A stretch of DNA of 57,239 bases from a virus. Its lineage: Duplodnaviria > Caudoviricetes. A program made the position numbers and the translations under genes. Of the stretch, positions 8,046 to 17,291 are shown one piece after another; position 1 is the stretch's first letter; every line of letters begins with the position of its first letter. The notes beneath the pieces are model-generated. The model ran no database searches and was not told the DNA's origin. It was given only the letters and a program-made list of their open reading frames with translations. The stretch is from positions 1 through 57,239 of IMG/VR virus record IMGVR_UViG_3300039159_000385; one strand, written 5' to 3'.

Positions 8046-8224
8046 GGTTGGACCGCCCGTAGCACGCTCACGGCCGCCGCCCACACCAGCCACCACGCGG
8101 CCAGGCCGGCACCCACAATCAGCGCCCACACCACCGCGATTTTCAGCGCGTCCAGCCGCCGGACGCGCCAGTAATGGGCTACAGCCGTCGCACCCTTCGG
8201 CTTGCCTTTCGATGTGGCGCTCAT
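8042..8224 (-). CDS. Small membrane protein
   Basis: 60 aa with a long hydrophobic segment, coupled at both ends. Confidence 0.6.
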   Translation of the reverse strand: MSATSKGKPKGATAVAHYWRVRRLDALKIAVVWALIVGAGLAAWWLVWAAAVSVLRAVQP

Positions 8225-8820
8225 TTCGCCACCTCGGTCGTGTACCGGCGGCCGTGCGTCGCGGGTTCCGTCGCGCCCTGCTGCCGGGCCGCCTTGGCCG
8301 CCTCCATCGCGCGCTGCGTCCGGTACGGCACTGTCAGGGCGAACACGACCGGCGGCCGGCCACCGCGCGGCGTCGTCAGCCCAGACGGCTGCGCCTCCAC
8401 CACCTCGGCATGCACCAGGTTGTACAGAATCAGACTCGTCTGATACCGCGACAGGCAGATCAGGAGCGCGATTTCCGGCACACTCAACCCTGCGTCGCTC
8501 CGGGGCTCCAAAATGTCGATGATTTCGCGTTCCCGCGCGGCTTTCGATTTGATCGACAGCGGGCGGCGCCGGCCACGACCGTCCGGGTTGGGCAAGCGCG
8601 GGGCGTCGTCGTCAGCAAAGGCGATCGGATCGGGCAACGTGGGCATGAGACACAGGGCGAGGGGGACGCGGCCGGCAGGGAAGGGGCGCCGCTCCACAGC
8701 ATCTATGCACTTCTGTGCATAACGTGTAGCGGAACCCGCATAAACTACCCTGTTGCGCTCGCCGCGCCAACTGTGGCCCGGTTCCTCGCACTTTGTGACG
8801 CCGATCACGGCGCGCGTCAC
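8221..8820 (-). CDS. Winged-HTH protein
   Basis: IIDILE...GLSVPEIALLICLSRYQTSLILYNLV....V......GGRPPVVF. Confidence 0.65.
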   Translation of the reverse strand: MTRAVIGVTKCEEPGHSWRGERNRVVYAGSATRYAQKCIDAVERRPFPAGRVPLALCLMPTLPDPIAFADDDAPRLPNPDGRGRRRPLSIKSKAAREREIIDILEPRSDAGLSVPEIALLICLSRYQTSLILYNLVHAEVVEAQPSGLTTPRGGRPPVVFALTVPYRTQRAMEAAKAARQQGATEPATHGRRYTTEVAK

Positions 8821-9233
8821 GGCGCCGCCTCGAAGATCGGCGAGCGGCCCCGGCGCTCGTCCGTCCTTCGGACACACCCGTCGTGCATCAGCGTGAACAC
8901 CGCCGCTCGCACGCCATGAAACCCACAACCCACGGCCGCCGCCAGGTCGTACATCGTCATTGCTCCGTTGAGTTCTAACCGCGCCAGCACTGCATCGCGG
9001 CGCCGCGTTTCTTCCCAAATCGTGACCGCATCATGCGTGCCCACCGGCTGATACGCTACCCCCGCTTGGCGTAACGCGTGCCGCACCATGCCGCGCGTCG
9101 CCCCAGGCACCGCCATGAGCCGCCGAGGATCCGTCTCCCCGGCGTCCGCCATCTCGCGCAACCGCTGCCCCAGCGGCGACGGACGCCGCCCAGGCGCACC
9201 GCGATCAAGCGCCTTGCGTTCGTGGCGGCTCAT
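8817..9233 (-). CDS. Winged-HTH protein
   Basis: VLARLELNGAMTMYDLAAAVG....VRAAVFTLMHDGCV. Confidence 0.65.
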   Translation of the reverse strand: MSRHERKALDRGAPGRRPSPLGQRLREMADAGETDPRRLMAVPGATRGMVRHALRQAGVAYQPVGTHDAVTIWEETRRRDAVLARLELNGAMTMYDLAAAVGCGFHGVRAAVFTLMHDGCVRRTDERRGRSPIFEAAP

Positions 9234-9478
9234 GGTGCCCCGCGCGGGTCCGCGTGCCGGTCAGGCGCGAGCACATGCGCTGCCATCTGCGTGTACCACG
9301 CGGCCTTCGCCGCATCTTGCGCCGCGTCGTCCTTCGCGCCCGTGCGCCATGCGTATTTGATGGCGTTGCCTCGGCAAAACGCGACGAACCCGGCCTGTCC
9401 GAGCGCGGACCGAATGGCGTCAATGCACTCGATTGACCCCTGCGTATAATGGGCAGGGCGGTTGATGGCGTCGCTCAT
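9230..9478 (-). CDS. DUF3310 (SaV/T7 gp1.7-like) protein
   Basis: INRPAHYTQGSIECIDAI...FCRGNAIKYAWR.G.K....D..KA.WY. Confidence 0.9.
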   Translation of the reverse strand: MSDAINRPAHYTQGSIECIDAIRSALGQAGFVAFCRGNAIKYAWRTGAKDDAAQDAAKAAWYTQMAAHVLAPDRHADPRGAP

Positions 9479-10932
9479 GGCGTCGGTCCGAGTGCCGCTA
9501 TAAAGCGGCGTCCGATCCACTCCGTGACGACCGACCCGACGCCATTGCCGCACAGCCTGTACCGTGCCGTATCGCTGAGGGCGTATGGGGTGCCGTCCTC
9601 GCGGGTGCCGGTCGCCGTGTGCCCATCCGCCCACGACATCAGTCTTTCGCACTCGCGCGGCGTCAGGCGACGCGGGCGGGGGTAGAGTGCCAAGGTAGTG
9701 TTGCCCACGACGATCGGATGCGACGAACCGACGCCGGGTGTCCGCAACGCCGGAACCTCGATGCTGCACTCCGCCATGCTGCCGCCCGCACGGCCACGAA
9801 GCGCCACCACGATCGGTGTCCCGCGTCCCGTGCCGTCCTCGCTCGCGTCGCACCCCTCGCTCGTCAGCGCGTGCGTGATGTCGCCGGTGGCGCTGACGAC
9901 GCCCATCCCCGAAGAGGTGACGCCCAAGCACGGCGTTGCCTCGACTGCGCTAACCGGGTCTTGTGTCAGGTGAAACGCGATGGCCAGGACCACCGGCGTA
10001 TTGTCGTAGCTGTCGCCCGCGCCCTTATCTCTGCCACCAACGACCAGCGTCTGCACGATCGCCTGCTGCGGGACGACATGCGGCGCCGCATCGCCCGCCT
10101 TCCCGACACTTGCCGTCAGTGCCACCAGATCAGATGGCGCACCGACAGTCTTGTTGTCTCTCGTGTAGTATCGCGGCTCAAACGCGAAGACCGCCTGCTG
10201 CGCCCCAGCCTGCAACGGGACCACCTGGATGCCGCCACTCAACTCGAAATCCGTGCCTAATCCGCCGCCACCTTGAGTGCGTGCGCTAAGGCTGCCGGTA
10301 ACAGCTTCCCGCGACTGCTCGCGCGGCGAAGGATGCCCGCACAGGCTTTCGGCGAGAGCCAGTACTTCGGCGGGATCGACGCCGCCGGTTCGAGCAGCGA
10401 CGACAAAGACGCGACGCCGCCGCTGGGGCGGTCCGAAGTGCTGCAAGTCGAGCACACGCCACGCGGCCACTCCGGTCGCGCCAGCAACCACACCCGCGCT
10501 TGTCCATTGTTTGGCAGGGGCAGCGACGGGGGATCCCACGAGGGCTGATAGGATGGCGGCGAAATCTTCGCCTTTGCTGGATGACAGGGCTCCACTGACA
10601 TTCTCCCAAAGAAAGTAAGGCGCTTGGGTCTCTTCCCATGCGCGAATCTGTTCGTAAAACAATCCCGATCGTGCGCCCGCGAGCCCGGCGCGCTTCCCAG
10701 CGACGCTCAGGTCTTGGCAGGGCGAGCCGCCCGCGACGAGACCCACGCGGCCGGCGTACTGCGTCCAATCCACTTTCGCGACATCACCGTGCAGCGGCAC
10801 ATCCGGCCAGTGGTGCCGGAGCACGGCGCGGGCGTGCGGCTCTATCTCCGCATGGGCGACGGCGGTCATGCCTGCGGATTCGAGCCCGATGCTCAGGCCG
10901 CCAGCGCCCGCAAACAATTCGATGTATCTCAC
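9475..10932 (-). CDS. DNA (cytosine-5)-methyltransferase
   Basis: ELFAGAGG (motif I), GGSPCQD (IV), ENV (VI), PQRRRRVF (VIII), RRLTPRECERL (IX), GNGV (X). Confidence 0.96.
   Translation of the reverse strand: MRYIELFAGAGGLSIGLESAGMTAVAHAEIEPHARAVLRHHWPDVPLHGDVAKVDWTQYAGRVGLVAGGSPCQDLSVAGKRAGLAGARSGLFYEQIRAWEETQAPYFLWENVSGALSSSKGEDFAAILSALVGSPVAAPAKQWTSAGVVAGATGVAAWRVLDLQHFGPPQRRRRVFVVAARTGGVDPAEVLALAESLCGHPSPREQSREAVTGSLSARTQGGGGLGTDFELSGGIQVVPLQAGAQQAVFAFEPRYYTRDNKTVGAPSDLVALTASVGKAGDAAPHVVPQQAIVQTLVVGGRDKGAGDSYDNTPVVLAIAFHLTQDPVSAVEATPCLGVTSSGMGVVSATGDITHALTSEGCDASEDGTGRGTPIVVALRGRAGGSMAECSIEVPALRTPGVGSSHPIVVGNTTLALYPRPRRLTPRECERLMSWADGHTATGTREDGTPYALSDTARYRLCGNGVGSVVTEWIGRRFIAALGPTP
10257..10601 (-). 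CDS. Nested alternative-frame ORF resembling the beta polypeptide of EcoHK31I-type MTases
   Basis: SLSSLLE....PPKYWLSPKACAGILRRA..RGK.LP..L..AL in a shifted frame inside the MTase. True start uncertain. Confidence 0.6.
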   Translation of the reverse strand: MSVEPCHPAKAKISPPSYQPSWDPPSLPLPNNGQARVWLLARPEWPRGVCSTCSTSDRPSGGVASLSSLLEPAASIPPKYWLSPKACAGILRRASSRGKLLPAALAHALKVAAD

Positions 10933-11207
10933 GGCGTCGCCTCGTTGTCAGCGGTGGTTGCCTGCCGCATCAACGCAAACACATCATCACGGATCGGGGA
11001 GCAATAGACCGTCTCTCCGGGCCCGTTGAACGCCTCGCACGCGCAGACCGGCCCGCACGGTGTCACGCGCTTGGTCTCGACGCATACGCCCGATCCCTCG
11101 GCGGCTTCTTGCAGCCACCAGCCGTCGATGTCGCCACGCTCCCCGCCGTGCCACTGCGTCAAGACGGCGAGGGCGAACGATTGTAGTGCGATCTGTGCGT
11201 CGGTCAT
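10929..11207 (-). CDS. Hypothetical protein
   Basis: ATG after GGGGGG, Cys cluster, coupled to neighbours. Confidence 0.65.
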   Translation of the reverse strand: MTDAQIALQSFALAVLTQWHGGERGDIDGWWLQEAAEGSGVCVETKRVTPCGPVCACEAFNGPGETVYCSPIRDDVFALMRQATTADNEATP

Positions 11208-11536
11208 AGTCCGCCCCCCGCTTCCGCCCGTGCGGCGGCAAGGAATACCCGAGCACCGTCTCCCGCGACGGTCAGGTAGTGCGCTCGCACCGTGCCGCCG
11301 AAGGGGTCCACCGGGTCGGGCTGGCTGAGGTACAGCGCAAACGCCATCAGCTCCAACCACGCAGCCGGCGGGTCCTCGCAATCGGCTAGCGTGATGGCGA
11401 TCGACGGCACGTGCGGGGCGTCTGTACTGAACATCGTGTCAAATCGTTCCGGTGTTTCTAACTCGTCAACGAATCCGTATACACCGCCGTCGTTGTCAAT
11501 CACGCATCGCTGCGCCTTCACGCGCTTACTCATCAC
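11204..11536 (-). CDS. Hypothetical protein
   Basis: 110 aa with a GGAGG RBS. Confidence 0.65.
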   Translation of the reverse strand: MMSKRVKAQRCVIDNDGGVYGFVDELETPERFDTMFSTDAPHVPSIAITLADCEDPPAAWLELMAFALYLSQPDPVDPFGGTVRAHYLTVAGDGARVFLAAARAEAGGGL

Positions 11537-12056
11537 ACCTCCGACTATCGGTTATTGGTGTCGCCGCCGGCCCATCGCACCACCGGCCACGCCCGGCGTT
11601 GTGCTGGCTCTCGCGCGACCGACACCGCTCCACCTCACCCCAGGTGCCGATCACGCGGCCACTGAGCGTCAGATTGTCACCGACACGCCGCACACGCTCG
11701 ATTACGCGCCCGTGCATCAGCACATCGTGCCAGGTGACACGCGGCGGCCCGATCGGGTGCTGACTTTGTACGCCGGCGTTTTGGCACCACAGCGACGCTT
11801 GGCCTTTACTGACGCCGACCGAGCGCGCCACCTCCGTGATCGCTTCCCCCTGCGCCACTCGATCCACAACCGCCTCGCGGAACGCACACGTGTACCGCAC
11901 ATAGCGGTGCGGCGGTGCCACGCCCGCCTCGCGTCCCCACCGCCGTACCGTGTCGCTATCGAGCGCCAACGACTGCGCGACCGTCGCCACCGGCGTGCCC
12001 TCACGCAGCGCGCCCACGACGCGCTGCTGCAACGCGCGCAACCAGGGCGTCGTCAT
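11526..12056 (-). CDS. Tandem HTH protein
   Basis: Two HTH units: GTPVATVAQSLALDSDTVRRW and GEAITEVARSVGVSKGQASLW. Confidence 0.7.
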   Translation of the reverse strand: MTTPWLRALQQRVVGALREGTPVATVAQSLALDSDTVRRWGREAGVAPPHRYVRYTCAFREAVVDRVAQGEAITEVARSVGVSKGQASLWCQNAGVQSQHPIGPPRVTWHDVLMHGRVIERVRRVGDNLTLSGRVIGTWGEVERCRSRESQHNAGRGRWCDGPAATPITDSRRCDE

Positions 12057-12397
12057 ATTCCCTTCTCGCCGGGCCGGGCCGGCCGGTACAGCACGACGCA
12101 CCCAATGCGCTGCAACGCGTACACCATGCATCGCAGCGGCAACTGCACCACGCCGCACACAAGCGCCAGCCCTAACGACACCACGACCGGGCAAACGATA
12201 AGTACGGTCAGCACCGAATCGACGACGTACCCCCCGCGAGCGCGCACGCGCCGCGCCACCTTGCCGCGCCGGTCTAGGTCGTCCTCACTCGCGGCCATCT
12301 GGTAATCGTGCATTTTGCTTCGCGCGTCCACCACGGCAACACGCACCGCTTCAATCACCGAAAACAAATCGTACCTTCTTCTGTTGAACGCGATCAT
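12053..12397 (-). CDS. Hypothetical membrane protein
   Basis: C-terminal hydrophobic segment, coupled ORF. Confidence 0.55.
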   Translation of the reverse strand: MIAFNRRRYDLFSVIEAVRVAVVDARSKMHDYQMAASEDDLDRRGKVARRVRARGGYVVDSVLTVLIVCPVVVSLGLALVCGVVQLPLRCMVYALQRIGCVVLYRPARPGEKGI

Positions 12398-12942
12398 GGC
12401 GCACGCTCCGCTCGATCGCACACCTCACGGCCGGCACCCCGCGTCTGATCCGTCTCGGCGTCGGGCAGAATGAGGATGCGGACGGGGTTGGAGATCTTCG
12501 ACCACGGCTCGGAGTGCAGGAGTGAATCTTGCGGCCTCGCGGACGGGAAGGAGATATACCGCTTCTGCTCCACCGCGCCCATCGTCACGAGTTGCGCGAC
12601 CAGCGATGCGACGGTGACGGGCGTGTCGGCGGGTGTCTCCGGCCGGGCCTGTAACGCCAACGCGATCGCGTCCAGCTTGCGCGTTAAGTTCTCAGCCCGC
12701 TCGCGCTCACGTTCAGCCGCTACCCGCCAGCGCAGCTCACTGGCCGTTAGCTCGATCACACGATCCGCGTTGACGGCGGCGAGGTACGGGTCGTGGATGG
12801 TGCGTCTTTTTTCGTCCAGTGCCCCACGCAAGAGCATGATGCAGTCGCGCAGCCCGCGGTGACGCGCACTGCCGGTTCCCAAGTCTATGAATGGCCCGTC
12901 CGACAGGCCGCAGAAGGCGCACGTTGTTTCGGTGTCGGTCAT
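12394..12942 (-). CDS. Hypothetical protein with N-terminal CxxC..H..C and a coiled coil
   Basis: MTDTETTCAFCG start coupled to the upstream stop. Confidence 0.6.
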   Translation of the reverse strand: MTDTETTCAFCGLSDGPFIDLGTGSARHRGLRDCIMLLRGALDEKRRTIHDPYLAAVNADRVIELTASELRWRVAAERERERAENLTRKLDAIALALQARPETPADTPVTVASLVAQLVTMGAVEQKRYISFPSARPQDSLLHSEPWSKISNPVRILILPDAETDQTRGAGREVCDRAERAP

Positions 12943-13775
12943 ACGTCCCGTCCCACCGCACACATGCGGCGCACCAGATCCTGCGCGGACGCTTGCATGG
13001 TGACGACTGTCGGGGCGAGTGCAGTCAGTGCCGCAGCCCATGCCGCAGCCAGTGCCGCAGCCAGTGCCGCATCCGATGCCGCATCCGATGCCGCATCCGA
13101 TGCCGCAGCCGATGCCGCAGCCCATGCCGCAGCCAGTGCCGCATCCGATGCCGCCTCCGCTGCCGCATCCGATGCCGCCTCCGATGCGGCATCGGAGGCC
13201 GCAGCCCATGCCGCATCCGATGCCGCCTCCCATGCCGCAGCCAGTGCCGCAGCCCGTGCCGCATCCGATGCCGGGGCCCGTACCGCGCGCCCGTCCGCAG
13301 CCAGTGCCGCCTCCGATGCCGCAGCCGATGCCGCACCCGCTGCCGCATCCCGAACGACCTGCGACTGTAAAAGCGCGGCCGAGTCGGTGAGTGGTGGCAG
13401 TGCCGCCAGCGCGTCCGCGTGCGTGACGAGTGCAGGCGTCAGGCGCAGAAATGCGGGCAGGTGTGTACGACACAGCCAGTCCAGCGCCAGAAACCCACGC
13501 GCCTGAGTGTCTGCGTCCGTTGTCCGCGTCCCGATCACGCCCGGCAGGAGCGGGCCAATCAACCGCGTGCGGCTCGCTTCGTCTGGGAGCACGTCGTTCC
13601 AGTAGCGCAAAAATGCGTTAATGCTCCGGCAACTGCACGCGGGGTCATCGCTCCACGGCTCGCCTGCCACGTACGCGACCAGCTGCATCGCACACATCGC
13701 GGAGTGGTCGCCGTGCTCTCCTTGCGCCAGCGGCGTTGTCGTCAGCGTCGTGATTTGTTCAGGGGTAAGTGTCAT
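12939..13775 (-). CDS. Phage protein with AA(S/W/L)(D/A) low-complexity repeats
   Basis: CAMQLVAYVAGEPWSDDPAC...WND N-domain followed by 12-bp periodic Ala-rich repeats. Confidence 0.75.
   Translation of the reverse strand: MTLTPEQITTLTTTPLAQGEHGDHSAMCAMQLVAYVAGEPWSDDPACSCRSINAFLRYWNDVLPDEASRTRLIGPLLPGVIGTRTTDADTQARGFLALDWLCRTHLPAFLRLTPALVTHADALAALPPLTDSAALLQSQVVRDAAAGAASAAASEAALAADGRAVRAPASDAARAAALAAAWEAASDAAWAAASDAASEAASDAAAEAASDAALAAAWAAASAAASDAASDAASDAALAAALAAAWAAALTALAPTVVTMQASAQDLVRRMCAVGRDV
13022..13350. repeat. Degenerate 12-bp coding tandem repeat (GCCGCATCCGAT-like)
   Basis: Directly visible. Encodes the AASD/AAWA/AALA units. Confidence 0.9.
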
Positions 13776-13956
13776 TCCCAAAATCTCCGGCTGCTCGGGG
13801 TTCATGTCGCGCCGCATCGCGCGTTCGAGGCGGCGGCTGGCGGACCATCCGGGCATACCGGCGTAGCCAGTGCTCACGCTGCGCGCGGGTGGGCGTGAGC
13901 CCGATCAAAAACAAAACGCCGAGGACGGTCAGGGTCACTGTGGCGGTCGTGCTCAT
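13759..13956 (-). CDS. Small membrane protein
   Basis: MSTTATVTLTVLGVLFLIGL hydrophobic N-terminus. Confidence 0.5.
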   Translation of the reverse strand: MSTTATVTLTVLGVLFLIGLTPTRAQREHWLRRYARMVRQPPPRTRDAARHEPRAAGDFGNDTYP

Positions 13957-13990
13957 GCGGCACCGCCGCCCGGCTTCGTCGCTGGCTCCA

Positions 13991-14233
13991 TCACTCCCCC
14001 GCCTCTCGTGTTGGTTTCGTGCCCACGCGCCGCGTCGTTGCGTCGAATGGATTGCCCTGCCCGCCCGCCTCGTTGCCCTGCACCGCAAACCCGCGCGTCG
14101 CGTGATCGGCCGCGTGCGCCTCGGCCTCTGCGTACAGCCGCCGCATTTCCTGACAGGTCACCAGGAGCCCCGCCAGCAGCAGCCACGCGCACACGCGATA
14201 CACATGCAATGCGCGCCGCTCCCGGCCGCTCAC
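13991..14233 (-). CDS. Small membrane protein
   Basis: GTG start coupled to the upstream stop, hydrophobic VCAWLLLAGLLV. Confidence 0.5.
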   Translation of the reverse strand: MSGRERRALHVYRVCAWLLLAGLLVTCQEMRRLYAEAEAHAADHATRGFAVQGNEAGGQGNPFDATTRRVGTKPTREAGE

Positions 14234-14568
14234 GCCGACACCGCGACGCGCGTCGCGATCACGCGCGTCCAGAGCGTTTTTTTTGTCGTGAATCCCACGA
14301 GCGATCGCGTCACCAATCCCCGCTTTTCCAACCGGCGCAGGGCAAGCGTCACGCTTGACATATTCAGCGGCCCCTCCTGCCGCAGCAGCGCCGCCAGCAC
14401 CGCCGTCGTGTGCGGCCGCTGTCCCAGGTATTCCAGCACATGCGCCTCGTTCGGCGTGATCTGTGGCGGCACTCCGCCGAGCGTGATCTGTGGCGGCACT
14501 CCGCCGAGCGTGATCTGGTCGGTGTCGTACAGCGTGCGCCCCGGCCGGCCGATCGGTTTCGGAATCAT
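14230..14568 (-). CDS. Winged-HTH (MarR/BlaI-like) protein with an internal 27-bp duplication
   Basis: ITPNEAHVLEYL...SSVTLALRRLEKRGLVTR, with QITLGGVPP repeated twice. Confidence 0.65.
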   Translation of the reverse strand: MIPKPIGRPGRTLYDTDQITLGGVPPQITLGGVPPQITPNEAHVLEYLGQRPHTTAVLAALLRQEGPLNMSSVTLALRRLEKRGLVTRSLVGFTTKKTLWTRVIATRVAVSA

Positions 14569-14903
14569 CGGCCGCCTCGCGATCCGGCGTTGTATCCGGC
14601 GCCGGGCGGGATCGCACGCGCTGGGTAGCGGCCATCGGTCACCGACAGATCCCCAGAGCGGGCCGAGCACCACGCAAAATGCGGGGTGCCCTGCCCTCCC
14701 TCGGTCGCCGTGGGCGCCTGGCCGCTGCACCCAGACTCCACGTTGACCGGCACGCGCTTGAGCCCCTTGGTGGCCCAATAAATGCGGCCCCCACAGTGTT
14801 TGCAGGTGCCCGGACGCTCGCCCGCCTGCACTTCGAGCGGTTCCATGCGCGCGTCGTCCATGCGCGGCACCGGCTGTATCCGACGGGCTCGATTCGACAG
14901 CAT
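14565..14903 (-). CDS. Zn-ribbon-like protein
   Basis: CKHCG.RIYW...PV....HFAWC. Confidence 0.6.
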   Translation of the reverse strand: MLSNRARRIQPVPRMDDARMEPLEVQAGERPGTCKHCGGRIYWATKGLKRVPVNVESGCSGQAPTATEGGQGTPHFAWCSARSGDLSVTDGRYPARAIPPGAGYNAGSRGGR

Positions 14904-14906
14904 CGC

Positions 14907-15869
14907 CTAGACCCGCGCCGCGCCGAACCACACCGGCAACTCGGTGTCTTGCGCGATCACCAGCGCATTTTGGGCCGCGATGTGCTGCACCAGCGCGTCG
15001 GGGCGGTATAGCTCGTACTGCCATTCAATGCGGCCTCCGTTGACGCGGTACGCGAGCCGCGCCGGGACCGTGTAGGACGGTCCCCGGTAAAACACCGGGA
15101 TTTGTACGGCGAACAGCGTCGGCACCTTGAGCGGCACGCCCGCCTGCGCGGCTTCGTGTTTCTCCTGGAACGTCACGCTCACCTCACCCGTGGCCGTCGT
15201 CACGGCTTCATGCACCGTGGCGTCCACCTTGACGCTCAACTGCCGCGCCATGCGCAGCATGTCGGCCGGGCGGCCGATGCTCGTCTCCAACCGCGACGCC
15301 AGATCGGCCAGCGTCGGATCCCCGTTGCCGTCCACAAGCTCCAACGCGCGCGCTTCGATGAACCGCGCAAACTCACCCTGCTTCATCCACGAACCGGCGC
15401 CCTTGTGCCACACCAAAAACTCCGGCGCGTACGTCATCGCGAACCGGGCTAGGTGCTGCTGAAAGCTCGGCGCGTTGCCACCGGCGTGGTCGTACACGCA
15501 GGTAAACGTCGGCGTCGCCGGGTACGTCCCCGCGCAGTAGATCGCGCTGTCGTCACGCTTAAACCGCTCCACATGCTGCACGAACGACACCAGATCGTCG
15601 AGCACCGTCACCCCGAGGTGCGCGCGCGGCTGTGTCGGCAGGTTCGCCACCAGCGGCGCCAACGATTGGAGGCGCCGGCCCTCCGGCAACACGATGAAGT
15701 GCGCGCCCTCGGTCGGACTGTTGCCGTTGGTCGTGACCCGCGCGTACTCGGCGCGGCTCAATCGCTCGAACACGTGCGCCATCGCGGCCGCCTCGGTCGT
15801 GCCGTGTTCGTCCTCCATCGCGTCCGCGTCGATGGAGCTGAGGGGCTGGTGCTCTATGTTGCTGCTCAC
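14907..15869 (-). CDS. DUF2303 (YfdQ-like) protein
   Basis: SFVQHVERFK, W.....WMKQGEFARFIE, PTLFAVQIPVF......ARL.YR. Confidence 0.85.
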   Translation of the reverse strand: MSSNIEHQPLSSIDADAMEDEHGTTEAAAMAHVFERLSRAEYARVTTNGNSPTEGAHFIVLPEGRRLQSLAPLVANLPTQPRAHLGVTVLDDLVSFVQHVERFKRDDSAIYCAGTYPATPTFTCVYDHAGGNAPSFQQHLARFAMTYAPEFLVWHKGAGSWMKQGEFARFIEARALELVDGNGDPTLADLASRLETSIGRPADMLRMARQLSVKVDATVHEAVTTATGEVSVTFQEKHEAAQAGVPLKVPTLFAVQIPVFYRGPSYTVPARLAYRVNGGRIEWQYELYRPDALVQHIAAQNALVIAQDTELPVWFGAARV

Positions 15870-16474
15870 GGCATGACTCGCATTTTCGGGGCGTCCGGAA
15901 CCGTCTCGGCCGGGAGTGGCGCGGGCTCGGGGGACGCGACAGGAACAGGAACAGGAACCGGGGCCGCGATCGGGCTCGGGACCGGCGGCGCGGCGACCGG
16001 CGACGGCATCGGCATCGCAGCCACCGGGGCCGTGCCGTAGACCGTTTCGACCGCCATCCCGGCCGGCGTGTAGGCGTAGGACGCGCCTTCGACCGTCGCG
16101 GCTTCGATCAGCGCCGGGCGCACCTCGTCGGGTGTGAACATCTCCGACTGACGGCCCTTCGCGCCCGCTTCCAGGACGCCCTTCGCCGAGGCGAACAGGA
16201 GCGTACCGGGGCGCTTCGACTTCGGCAGATCGGTCTTGAGCGCCGTCACGCAAATATCCACCGTCGAGCGGTCCATCTGGATCGAGAACGCCAGCGACAG
16301 CTTGCCCTTCGGCTTGTCGATCCCGTGCCGCTCGGCGCGGTGACAGGCGGCCACCACCTCGGCGATCTTCGTCGTGACATCCCGGAGGAACTGCCCGCCT
16401 TCGAGCGCGGCAAACAACTCGTCCGCTTGCATCCCGTCCGTTTCCGTCGCCGGGAACACCGGGAGGCGGCTCAC
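15866..16474 (-). CDS. DUF2303-associated (YfdP-like) protein with a Pro-rich tail
   Basis: LEGG......I.EVV.A.......KGKLSL and position directly upstream of DUF2303. Confidence 0.7.
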   Translation of the reverse strand: MSRLPVFPATETDGMQADELFAALEGGQFLRDVTTKIAEVVAACHRAERHGIDKPKGKLSLAFSIQMDRSTVDICVTALKTDLPKSKRPGTLLFASAKGVLEAGAKGRQSEMFTPDEVRPALIEAATVEGASYAYTPAGMAVETVYGTAPVAAMPMPSPVAAPPVPSPIAAPVPVPVPVASPEPAPLPAETVPDAPKMRVMP

Positions 16475-16943
16475 GGGCGCACCCGGCCACGGCCGGAACG
16501 GGCGGCGTGCGTCGGGGCCGGCGCATCGAACAGGCTCCCGCTCAGGTACGCCGCATCAAACCCGGCCGACGCATACGGGGCGACATCCTGCCACCACGGC
16601 GCGCCCGCGCGCTCGGGGCCGTCGCCCAAGAGCGCGGCCGTGACGGCATCGCTCACCACGGCGCACATCGCCGGCCCACACTGACCGTCCGGCCCGACCG
16701 TGATCTGAAACCCGGCGCCCGTCTCAAGCGCCCGGCGCGCCCACGCCACGGCCAGCACCGTCTGTCCCAACCACTCCACCAGGGCCGCCATCATCGGCGT
16801 GTGCTCCCCGTGATCGAGTGACGCGGCGATGTCCGGGGCACCGATCCCGGCCTGCCGCGCCAGTTGCTCCCACACCGCGCGCGGTGCGAGGTCGAGCGGG
16901 CGCAACGCGCTCGCCGTTGAAGCGGCGCGGGCATCAATCCGCA
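16471..16943 (-). CDS. Hypothetical protein
   Basis: ORF from MRIDARA, coupled to the downstream gene. Confidence 0.55.
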
Positions 16944-17239
16944 TCGGACACCCCGGCGGCGGCCGACACTGCGTTCTCTTGCGTACGCTCGACTTCGGCC
17001 AGCAACTGCCGGGCGATCGACACACACGTACGAATTGCGGACTCGTCGATCCGGCCGGGCAACTCGGCCGTGCCGGCCAGGATCGCGGCCGCCGCGTCGG
17101 CGACCATGTACACGTTCTGGCTGAGCGGGAGCGCGGTGGCGCCGATCATCTCGCCGATCGGATCGGCGGCCAGTAGCGCGTCTACTTCGGTGTTCTGTTC
17201 GAGACTCGGGTCGATCGGGGACTCAGTGCGGCTTGGCAT
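16934..17239 (-). CDS. Hypothetical acidic protein
   Basis: ORF from MPSRTESP. Confidence 0.55.
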   Translation of the reverse strand: MPSRTESPIDPSLEQNTEVDALLAADPIGEMIGATALPLSQNVYMVADAAAAILAGTAELPGRIDESAIRTCVSIARQLLAEVERTQENAVSAAAGVSDAD

Positions 17240-17291
17240 TGTGTGCAACTCGGAAGGAGGGAAACCAACAGGGACCACCAGGGACAGCGAC

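Noticed and set aside
11526-12056. IS transposase (IS3/IS630-type HTH)
   Set aside because: No DDE domain or terminal inverted repeats, and the gene is tightly coupled to phage neighbours.
13019-13390. PQPM- and CGIG-repeat ORFs in alternative frames
   Set aside because: They are by-products of the 12-bp repeat. The Ala-rich frame is continuous with a conserved N-terminal domain.
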